Assembly (NCBI RefSeq): GCF_964194025.1
Contig: NC_134473.1
Span: 10,726,001 to 10,790,000 of the forward strand
Length of the DNA: 64,000 bases
DNA from: Convolutriloba macropyga
Lineage: Eukaryota
Reading direction: 5' to 3'
Each line of letters starts with the position of its first letter. Position 1 is the stretch's first letter. The notes beneath the pieces are model-generated. The model did not search any database, was not told the origin of the DNA, and saw only the letters and a list, made by a program, of their open reading frames with translations. Shown here in pieces: positions 23,059 to 33,261 of the stretch. The position numbers and the translations under genes were made by a program.

Positions 23059-26000
23059 ACTGTCGAACCAGAGGTAACAGAATTTCTAAAAGTCTAAACA
23101 TGCAGTTTGGGTTAATTTTTTTATTGTATTGTGGGATGTTGAGAATTTTTTGAAGGAAGATATTTATGTGAGTTTAAACTATTCTGCGTAGTGACTAAAA
23201 TGAAAAATTCAACACAGCGTTGGCTTATTATTGTCAGTAAAATTTACTAGGTGACATTTCACATCAGATCAAAGAATTGATTGTTGCACTTTGTTCGCCT
23301 TGTAGAATTTGTAATTTTAATCCCGTTGGTACTTCTGTGTTAATCTGAACGTGCTCTCGCTTGCACATACTCCCAGAAGCCACAGACTTGCTCTCTGCGG
23401 CTTCCAAACTAGCTTAATTAAAGTCTTTTAAAAATAAGATTTTGTGTGCACTTGTGCCATATTTTTGATTGTCTGCCAAGTTTTAGAAAGGGTTTACGCG
23501 TGGTTTGTCATCCTCGAGAAAGTTGTGGTCATAGGTTTCAGCTTGTGTTTAAAGGGGGTAGTATCTCGTCTCCGTTTTTTTGCCGAACCAACTAATGGCG
23601 ATTTTAATGATATCTTTGAATTTAAGTGGAAGCAATCACATTTTCAACTGCATTTGTTAATCATAGGTGTTTGTCACTTAGTTTTTGAGATAATCTTAAG
23701 GATCGGACCTAGATTCAGATTCAGACCAAGATGCAGGCGTAGGTCAGGCCGAGAACAGATTTTCCTGATCTTGTTTGGTTGGCTGAAATAATGTGAATAG
23801 TATAGCAAAATTCTTGCTTTGTCAGGAGACAGTCCCCCGTGACGATCCACGAGGAAAAATTTTTCGGTACAGTGTTCTTGGTTTGTTCAGGGGACAAACT
23901 TTCTGAAATTTTAGGGGAAAATCTCATAATTTGGCTTAATTTGAACGTGGAAAAGAACTTGCACGATAAAAAATGCACCTCAAAAAATAGAAATTTTAAT
24001 CTTTTGTCTGAATAGCCTCCTATCGGGTATTTACTGAAATTTAAAAACTAACTTGTGTCTGTGTGTGATAAAGAGAGCGGCAATGTTTTGTTAAATTTCG
24101 AAACTAAACAGAACATTACTCCAATTACGATGGTTTTATACCCTATTTGTTTTCAATTTCATAGTTTTATTGACCAGATGTTACTCAGAAAAATATGTGC
24201 GAGGAGATTATAGAAGTCTAATAAAAAAGAATTGCTTTTGACGTCAAATTCAGCCTTAAAGGTGAAATAATAGCAAGATTGTGCAAAATGAAGACAAAGT
24301 TTGTAAAATTGTCAGTAATATACGAAAGGATATATTATGTTGCGACGATCGTGGAAAAGGTGTTTTCAAAATGTGCAGTAAAACAATTCATATACATTTG
24401 TGAAAAAAGGACAGTTTAACTTTAGAAAAAATTCCATATTTTTTCTATCAAATATAGTCAATTTTGGATAAGTTTATGGAAAAATGCACAAAGAAGACTT
24501 GAGTTACGTAAAAACTTGTGCTTTTTAATTAAAGTAAAGCAAGGCTGTTAAACTGTCGAACCTGAGGTAACAGAATTTCTAAAAGGCTAAACATGCAGTT
24601 TGGTTTAATTTTTTTATTTTATGGAATGTTGAGAATTTTTTGAAGGAAAATATTTGTGCGATTAAACTATTCTGCGTATAGTGATCAAAATGACAAATTC
24701 AACACAGCATTGTCTTATTATAGTCAGTAAAATATTCTAGGTGGCATTTCACGGCAGATCAAAGAATTCTTTGTTGTTTTTTGTTCGCCTTTTAGAATTT
24801 GTAATTTTAATCTCATTGGTACTTCATAATGTTGTAATCTGAACGTACTCTCACTTGGACATACTCCCTGAAGCCACAGAGTTGCTCTCTGCGGCTTCCA
24901 AACTAGCCTAATTAATGTCTTTTGTAAATATGAGGTTTTGTGTGCACACGTGCCATTTTTTTTGTCTGCCAAATTTTAGAAAGGGTTTTCGCGTGTTTTT
25001 TATCTTCGATAAAGTTTTTCTCATAAGTTTAAGTTTTTGTTTAAAAGGAGTAGTATCTCGTCTCTATTTTTTGCGGAACCAACGAAAAGCAATTTTAATG
25101 ATTTTTGTTTTAATTTAAGTGGAAGCAATCGCAATTTCAATTGCATTTTTTAATCATAGTTGTTTGTCATTTAGTTTGTGAGATAATCTTAAGGATCAGA
25201 CCGAGATTCAGATTCAGACCAAGATTCAGGCGTAGGTCAGGCCGAGAACAGATTTTCCTGATCTTGTTTTGTTGGCTGAAATAATGTGAATAGTATGGCA
25301 AAAGTCTTGCTTTGTCAGTAGACAGTCCCCCCGTGACGATCCACGAGGAACATCTTTTGGGTACAGTGCTCTTGATTTGTTCCGGGGACAAAATTCTGTG
25401 ATTAAGTTCTTGGTTTTTGTAAGATTTTGGTCTCACTCTCAAAGATGACTTCCTAACTCTAAAATTGACTTTTCTTTATTTCAATGCAAAGAGATAAGGT
25501 CAAGTCAATGTATATCACTCTAATTGAAGGTTATTTAAGAGCAGCTAATAGAAACAGCAATAAGTTAGACATATTCTTAATCAACATTTAAGATCTCAGC
25601 CCTTCATAAAAAGACAAATTTCTTTTTTAGTCTGTCTTTTTTAAATCTTTTTGAGACTGCAGGAAACTATTGCTGCTATTTTCTGGCAATCTGCCAGCTA
25701 TATTTAATTTGATATTTTTACTGATCATATGTTGCCCAGATTAGTGGGTTCTCGCAAAATTCAAATCTAATTAAAAATAATCTCAAAGGCTCCGCGTGGA
25801 GATTTTTTGTGTCTGCTAACCAAAGGAGGATTTGCAATAAAGCAGTTCATATACCTATATTTTAATAAAGGACCTTTGAAGTGGAAAAAGATGCGTTTTT
25901 TGCAATCGAAAATGGCTATTTGTGGACAATTTTGCAAAAAAATTAATAAAAAGCATTGAAGCTACGCAAAAACTATTTTGCCTTGTTGATTAGAAAAGGA

Positions 26001-26385
26001 AAGCTGTTAAACTGTGTAATCAGAGGTTTGTTCGTTATTGTACACGTCTAAAAATCCATTTTAAAGTAAAATTGTGGTGAAATTATAGAATTTTAAAAAT
26101 TTAGCGGGAAGAATTAATGTGCGAATGAACTCTACTGCGTATTGTGATCCAAATGAAAAGTTCAACACAGCCTCGTCTTTATATACTCGGTAAACAATAC
26201 TAGTAAATATATCACAGCAGATCAAACAATCGATTGTTTTTTGTTAGCCTTTTAGAAAGAAACATTATTATATTAATCCCGGTGATACTTCAGTAAGTGT
26301 TAACCTGAACGTGCTTGCGCTTGATGCAGACTTGCTCTCTGCGGCTTGCAAAATAGCGTAATTGAAATCTTCTGTAAGATTTTTT
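23059..26385 (+). repeat. Tandem diverged copies of a ~1.5-kb repeat (units start ~23059, ~24552, ~26010)
   Basis: GCTGTTAAACTGT.., TTCAACACAGC, TCTCTGCGGCTT and GATTCAGATTCAG recur at ~1.5-kb period. Confidence 0.85.
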
Positions 26386-26399
26386 ATTTTTGATCATTT

Positions 26400-27735
26400 T
26401 TAATTTTGATCGCAAAATTACGCTGTTTTCTCAAGTTCAACTGTCCTATCCTAACATATATGTACACGAAGTGCTCTACCGCACATTTTCAAAACACTCT
26501 TTCGGTAACTGTCGCAACTTTTTATATCCTTTTGGGCATTACTTTTGTCATCTTCACCTAATTCTTATCTTGATTTTTTGCAAAGTTGCTGTTATTTTCT
26601 CCTTTAAGGTCGGGGTTGATGTAAAAAGCTTTCTTTTGGCCGGCAGATAGAATAATTCTTCAATTGAAGCCGTGGTACTTAATCTTGATTAGATTTATAA
26701 TGTGCTCGCACACCGTAGTCTAGGTAATATCTGCTCAATAAATTTATCAATTTAAAATCAAATAGAGTCAATTTAAGCCGAAACATGCGAGGCTAATAAA
26801 ATTCACCTGTGAAGCCTTTCTAAAACTTTGCAGGCAGTCAGAATTTGTGCGAGATCACAAAAACATACACCTCGTGGTACGTACGAAGTAACAGAAAGAC
26901 TGATCCTTCTACTATTTCGGCAACCAATACCAGAAGGCGACGGTACATGCGCACAAAAACCTTGTTTTTACAAAAGTTTTCAGTGACGCAGAGAGCAAAT
27001 CTGTACCAAGCGGGAGCGCGTTCAGATTCCCACGTACTGAAGTAACAACCTTTCCTTCCAGAAGGCGAAGAAAATGCAACAACCAACTGTTTGATCTGTG
27101 AAATTCCACGCAGTTTTTTACCGAGTATATAAAGACAACGCTGTTTTGAACTTCTAATTCTGATCACAGTACACAGAGTTCGCTCGCACTTTAATTCTTC
27201 CCGTTAAAATTTCCTCAACGTTTTGTAATACTACCAACATTTTACCCCCAAATGCTTGTGTAAACTTGTATAATTACCTAGAAACCTCTGGTTCCACAGT
27301 TTAACAGCCTTCCGTTATTGTTTTAACACAATGAATAACAGTTTTTAAGTAGATGTAGATTTATCTTTTTTTTGCATTTTAATGCATCATATTGTCCAAA
27401 ATTTACCGTTTTGATCGCAAAACACACAATTTTTTTAAGATTAAATGTCCTATCTGAACATATATGCATATTAATTGCTTTACCGCACTTTTTCAAAGCA
27501 TTTTTTTTGGGATTATCGCATTATTTTATCATTTTACGCATTACTTTTGTCAATTTTACAAACATTTTGTATTCATTTAGTACAAACTTGCTTTTCTTTT
27601 CTCATTTATGGCTGACTTCGACTTTAAAAGCAATCTTTTTGGCTAGCAGATACAATAATTCTCCAGGTGGAGCCTTGGTGTTTAATTTTTATTTGATTTG
27701 TAATCTGCGCGCATCCACTGATCTGGATAACATAT
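26400..27735 (-). repeat. Inverted copies of the same repeat family (continues at 33262-33420)
   Basis: Reverse complement of 27281-27310 is AGGCTGTTAAACTGTGGAACCAGAGGTTTC; 33262-33400 matches the reverse complement of ~505-645. Confidence 0.75.
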
Positions 27736-28074
27736 TATGATAACTTTCTTCTTAGTTTGCTTATGCCTTTTCTATCTTTTTAGAGGCGGCTGTGTAGGTG
27801 CTAGTGCCAAGTGCTATATTGTATGATGACAGAGTTATCGTTGCAATATCCTTTCTAATAAAGGCTTTTAATTGTAAGTTTTTGCTAAATGCTATTCGGA
27901 GCGCGGGTGCGGTAAAAACGCTCTTTTTCTGCTACAAGTTTTACATTCAAGTATTTTGGTAAGCAACTGAACTGTTCTGAGCAGAATCGTCTGTCTGAAT
28001 TGCAAGATAATAAGTGCGTGCTGTATAAATTTACAAAAGTCTTTTTCAACCAATCAAAATTCAGCATCGTCATA
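27736..28074 (-). repeat. 3' LTR (TATGA...TCATA)
   Basis: About 13 substitutions versus the other LTR by manual comparison. Confidence 0.92.
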
Positions 28075-28309
28075 TTACGGCTCTTTAGAAAAAGCGGAGG
28101 CGATGGGTTTCGAACCTTTAATCTTATGATTATAAACAGGGTTGCCTAGTGTGCTGTGCCAAGTGGGTCTTGATTAGTGGTGTTGACAAAGTCAGGGGAT
28201 TTACTGGGCTAATTAATTATAAATGGAAAGCAACATTAATAGTGGTTTTTTCTAAGTTTTTATTGAGTATTCTAGATCAAAATGCTGGAAGTTTATTTTC
28301 TGTTTGCTC

Positions 28310-28857
28310 TATTTGGCCTCTTGTTTTCTCATCTGATGTATGCGAAGAAATTGAACTGGTGAACGCGACTGCTGTATGTTCTGAAAAAATACTACATTCC
28401 GCGTTGGCCAAGTGGATGTGAGTTTCGTGCCATATCGGAGCCATATTTGTCCAGTTGGTGATGGTGGGATTGAAGATTTGTGTCCTCGATTCTTCCAAGT
28501 TTTGCAATGATGTTCGTGTTGGTCGTGGCAGGCATAGTACGCATGCAGTAGAAAAGGCGTGCAGTTTTGTAGAAAAATAGATTAGAAGTTTCTAATGACA
28601 TAGTGATGAGGCTGGATGTGTAGATTGAGGGCCTCCTGACCGCCCACAACTCTCCTTAGGTGAGGCATGAGTGTGCTTCTTCTCGGTATCAGGGCTGTCT
28701 TCCTCAGAACGTCGAAGTTCGTGGGCTCGCCCTGCCAAACGTAGGTGATTTGCACGTAAGTGCGGTAAATTGGTGTCTCCTGTATGCCCACTTTGATTAG
28801 CAGGGCGGGCCTGCCGTCGAATGAGAAGTGTTGTGGGGGGTCAGGCTGATAATTCAT
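28310..28857 (-). pseudogene. Unknown cargo ORF of the LTR element, one internal stop at 28582
   Basis: The frame stays open about 90 more codons after the stop and includes a His/Cys cluster; end approximate. Confidence 0.4.
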
Positions 28858-29400
28858 TAGTTGATGTGCTGACGTGTTCTTCGCTGTTGAAACTGGGACT
28901 GAATAGATAGTGATGAATATTTTCTATTTTTGCTGAGTGAGGTTAAAGTGTGAGGCCGTTCATTAGATTTGTATCAGTGTGACAGTTGTTTGATAATCTC
29001 TTCGGGTTTATTTGCATTTTTCCCAGAAAGATTAATGTAGTAGTAATCTGTCAAGTGGCAGTTCCATTTGCTCCATGTTGTGAGGGGAGTGAAGTAATAA
29101 AGTAATTCCCTCGGCATGGCAGTAAATGGCAGTCACTAATGGAGTTTTCGGAAGTAATTCCCTCGGCATGGCAGTAACTGACAGTCACTAATGGAAGTTT
29201 TGGAGGAGAGTAAATTGAGAACAGTGTGACTGACTGCTCTTTTGATAAAGTTATTCAGAATACGTTTACTGCGAAGAGGTCAAATTTTAATAGCGGCGTT
29301 ATTCATCGACTGTTGGATATTTTATCGAAGCGTTACAAAAAACGATTAATTGTAATAACGAAGAGACGGGATATTCTATTTTATCAAAGTATGGACACTA

Positions 29401-30591
29401 AAAGGTTCGTTAATTACTTATAAGAATTTAGGATTTGATAGGCTGGCATTAATATTTTTTGTAGTTTTAAGCAGAATTATCGTGTTTAGAACGACACGAG
29501 GCAGACAAGATTTGCTAATCGAAATGAACGAGTTCAAACATCAGTACTACGATTGGAAAAAATTAATAAGTCTCGGATGGAAAGAAGTGGAGACAGTCGA
29601 CGGGCGGGGTATTAATTGTTGGAACTCCTTAAAGAATAAGTTAACTATAGACGGTAAAGGGAGAGTGGTTGGAGAGAATGGTTGGCCGAAGGTACCATTG
29701 GCAATAAATAATGAAAATATTGTGGGATTACAAGAAAGTTTAATAGAAGGGTTCCGAGGCTGTAAAGATCAGGGTGATGTGTATAATTATGCTAGTAAAT
29801 TAAATTTGGAGAATGGTGATAACAGGTTGTATTAAGAAGTTGGGTCGTATGCTGGTTTGTGTAATTCAATAGGTTGGACGTTTTGTGTGGATGGTTTGAT
29901 GATTGGTGTTTTGCCTGATGGTTTTACTGGTGTAAGGAGAGATGCAATGGTACAATAGAATGAGTGGTGGACGGCGGCACATGTTGAGATTGGGGGGAAT
30001 GATAGTGTTTCGAAAACGCCGTGTGGTGAAAAATTGATTCTGATTTGTGGAAGTTATCAGACATCAAGGGATTTTAATAATGTTATGGGTACTCCGCAAT
30101 ATTTTATGGATTTAATTAAGAGGGGTCCTTCTGCAGGTGGTTTGGAAAAGGATGTTTGGTTTTTCATTCCGACGAAAGATAATGTAATGTGCCAGCCTTC
30201 GTTGTGTGCGCATGCTGTTTTAACTTTTACAAGAGGCTTGTCGTTAGTGACTGGCTGGGAGGCGCGTGATCAATCGAATCAAGTTGTCGATCGGACTTTG
30301 GGATCGTTTGCTTATGGTGTTCGTAAAGGGGTGGTGAAAAGAATTGTAATATCAAATAACAAAAAGGCAGTGTTAGACTGGGCGAAAGAAAGAGAAGTAT
30401 CAACTGGCGGTGGTAGTGATGTGACTGAGCATGTGCAGAGTTTCTTTAATAGTGGTATAATTTTAAAAATATATAACAAACGAGGTAATCGAAGAAAATG
30501 GGGTGGGAAACGGGAAACGAAAACGCAGTCGAACGACAACGAGAATATTGTGTATTCGTTTCTTCCTCCAAAGGATCCTTCAATGGAGTAA
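29401..30591 (+). pseudogene. JmjC-like 2OG/Fe(II) dioxygenase, in-frame stops at 29833 and 29956; 5' end uncertain
   Basis: WWTAAHVE (HxE), GEKLILI, QPSLCAHAVLT (distal His) and SLVTGW, all in one frame. Confidence 0.7.
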
Positions 30592-31182
30592 GTGAGTTGT
30601 TCAACTTTTGTTTATTGAGAATTTTGTAGGGTTGGAACTATACTGCCAGGTTTTTTTTTTACTTTTTTTGAGATTTTGTTGTTTCGTGTCCGTGCCCTTT
30701 CAAAGTATGTTGAAAGGATTGTTTTTGGTTGATACTGAGCAATCGGTAAGGGTCCTGTCTGTGTTATTTTGGTTTTGTTCTGGAGAAAAAATTGATGTTT
30801 CGTGAGTTTTTTATCGTTATTTTGCAGAGTCGTATGTAGTGTAAGCAATTATTATTTTGACTTTCAATCGCGTGCCCTTCGAAGTGATAAGAAGGTGGGA
30901 GGTTAAATTTTGCTGGTAATGGTTGGAAATAGTTTGTTTAATAATAGTTTGCTATGTTAGTGGTGCTCGCGCATTGTGCTCACGAGTTATGACGAGTAAT
31001 TTTTTTTGGTTCAGAAGTAAAATTAAATTGGTAAGAAATTGAAAATAAGAAGAGGAGGCGTTACATTTGAATAATTTGCGGTGTTTATAAAATAAGTATT
31101 TCATGAAAATAATTGCGACTCATGAGAAAAAAAGAATAAAAAAATTATTTTGGATAAAAAAATTTAAAAAATTTATTCAAGT

Positions 31183-31530
31183 CTAAGTGAATACACCGAT
31201 GCCAACAGGGTCAAACTCAATGGGGTCGTGAATGTCCATTTGAATAAAATCCCAGAATTGGTGGTTCAGTTGGGTACCTTGGGATGAAGTAATGAAGTGG
31301 TATACGTAGGTGTAATATTCCCAGGTTGTGTAGAAAAAACATTTTTTCGTGAAAAGGCCTGTATGGGAGTGTGCCCAGATCACGATGGTTCCATTTTGTA
31401 ATATTACATATTCATTGAAAAAACATTCCCTGTATTGGATCCGACTTCCACCCAAACGTTGATGTTGTGGTTGGTGTGTAATTTTGGGGCGATGTCTTCT
31501 GGGCCGACGTAGTTCCGGATTTGGTCCCAA
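31183..31530 (-). CDS. Unknown cargo ORF
   Basis: 115-aa ORF in a co-directional series; start uncertain. Confidence 0.4.
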   Translation of the reverse strand: MGPNPELRRPRRHRPKITHQPQHQRLGGSRIQYRECFFNEYVILQNGTIVIWAHSHTGLFTKKCFFYTTWEYYTYVYHFITSSQGTQLNHQFWDFIQMDIHDPIEFDPVGIGVFT

Positions 31531-31637
31531 ATGCTTGTAGTCATGGTTTTTAGGAAAATTAAAATTGATGAGGTGCTAGATTTTAAGATTTGGAAATATC
31601 AGGGAAAGAATAAGTAAATATGGTTTTGAAAAAGAAA

Positions 31638-31946
31638 TTACAGGTCAAATTCGCCTTCTAAAAGTTCTTCTTTGATATTTTGTAAGAAATTCAAAAAGGT
31701 AAGAAAATTTGGATGATCTGGTTCCAAAGTGATTTTTTTGTCTTGATTATTATCCAGGAAGTTAATCCAGAAGCATAATGTATTGCAGGGGAATATGAAG
31801 TTTTCAGAAAAAACTGCAAGTTTTATATCAAAATCAGTGAGAAAGTAAGCATAAAGTGGAAATTGGGTTGGAATTGGAGATATGTAAGGAAGGGTGTCTT
31901 CTGATTGGTCAATTGTGGTGAAAGTTGGGGTTGGTGGATAAGACAT
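31638..31946 (-). CDS. Unknown cargo ORF
   Basis: 102-aa ATG-initiated ORF. Confidence 0.45.
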   Translation of the reverse strand: MSYPPTPTFTTIDQSEDTLPYISPIPTQFPLYAYFLTDFDIKLAVFSENFIFPCNTLCFWINFLDNNQDKKITLEPDHPNFLTFLNFLQNIKEELLEGEFDL

Positions 31947-31992
31947 GAGACAAAAATTTTAATAGAATATGAATGCAAATATTTGAGGAAAT

Positions 31993-32382
31993 TTACATAG
32001 AGTCATCTGAGAATGGAATGGGTGATGTAGGAGAAATTGGAATATAATTTAATTCGGCTGAATTGTGGTCTGATGTAGGGTCAGGGCTTTCGGGACCTTC
32101 AGAAATTGTTGGTTGCGATGGTTCTATTGCAACTGGTTCTCCTTCTGAGTTAAGATAGAAATTCACATTACTATAATTATTTGTGGATTGTATGCATTCT
32201 AGAAATGTTTGCCATACGGCTGATGTATCATTCACTGTAAGGGGGATAAAGGAAATTGAATAAATATTGCTGATAATATTGTCCTGTTGCATGTTAATAC
32301 TAATTATTGCTTCACGATCTGTAAAAAATGCAATGCTGTATTCAGTAGTATAAGCTGGCTGGCCGTTGAATGCGCGGCTCAA
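31993..32382 (-). CDS. Unknown cargo ORF with Pro/Ser-rich tail
   Basis: 129-aa ORF; start uncertain. Confidence 0.4.
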   Translation of the reverse strand: MSRAFNGQPAYTTEYSIAFFTDREAIISINMQQDNIISNIYSISFIPLTVNDTSAVWQTFLECIQSTNNYSNVNFYLNSEGEPVAIEPSQPTISEGPESPDPTSDHNSAELNYIPISPTSPIPFSDDSM

Positions 32383-32904
32383 CTTTAATTCTGAAGTGAT
32401 ATACTGGATTCATTATAAAATGAAATAATGCAAAAGGTAAAATTTTAGTTGTAGGAAAATTGTTTAAGTCGTTTGAAATGATTTCCAAGTTTCTATCCGC
32501 GAAGAACTTGTAATAGGTTTAGAGAGTGAACAGTTAGCAATAAAGAGAGTTGCCGGTAATTAGCAGGCAGAAAGTAGTTTGAATGATTGATAGTGTTGCG
32601 GGGGGAGTGGGGGAAATTTGACATTTTGATTAATTGGGATTGTGGGGAATTATCCCTGGTTGGGTTGATTAGTATTTCATTATAGGATGTCATTGTGATT
32701 GATGGACAGTTCGCCTTCCAGGTTAATGGATTTCCTTCTTTTTCTCACTTTGACAGATAATTGATAAGTTTCCTTTGGGAGTTGTATCTTATTACTCCGT
32801 TGTTTAATGCGTCAGTATAAATTCTTTTTAAAAATAAATTCGTCGCTGGATAAAAAGGTAGGGAGCAAATCCCCGCCTTTATCAATGGAGGTTTAATTCT
32901 CTTT

Positions 32905-32922
32905 ATCCCATCTCTTTCGCCA
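32905..32922 (-). promoter_or_regulatory. Primer-binding site (tRNA 3' end, Ser-like)
   Basis: TGGCGAAAGAGATGGGAT immediately internal to the LTR. Confidence 0.75.
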
Positions 32923-33261
32923 TATGATAACTCTCTTCTTAGTTTGCTTATACCTTTTCTATCTTTTTAGAGGCGGCTGTGTAGGTGCTAGTGCCAAGTG
33001 CTATATTGTATGATGACAGAGTAATCGTTGCAATATCCTTTCTAATAAAGGCTTTTAATTGCAAGTTTTTGCTAAGTGCTATTCGGAGCGCGGGTGCGGT
33101 AAAAACGCTCTTTTTCTGCTATAAATTTTAAATTCAAGTATTTTGGTAAGCAGCTGAACTGTACTGAGCAGAATCGTCTGTCTGAATTTCAAGGTAATAA
33201 GTGCGTGCTGTATAAATTTACAAAAGTCTTTTTCAACCAATCAAAATTCAGCTTCGTCATA
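32923..33261 (-). repeat. 5' LTR (TATGA...TCATA)
   Basis: Direct repeat of 27736-28074. Confidence 0.92.

Larger units (their letters stand above)
27736..33261 (-). mobile_element. Non-autonomous cargo-bearing LTR element
   Basis: 339-bp direct repeats at 27736-28074 and 32923-33261; TSD CATAT/GATAT; PBS adjacent to the right LTR; the interrupted repeat resumes on both sides; no gag/pol motifs. Confidence 0.9.

Noticed and set aside
28089-28170. Functional tRNA gene
   Set aside because: Acceptor, anticodon and T stems do not pair; kept only as a tRNA-like cassette.
27736-33261. Simple segmental duplication or DIRS element
   Set aside because: The PBS, TSD and terminal inverted pentamers support an integrase-type LTR element; no tyrosine recombinase or split repeats.
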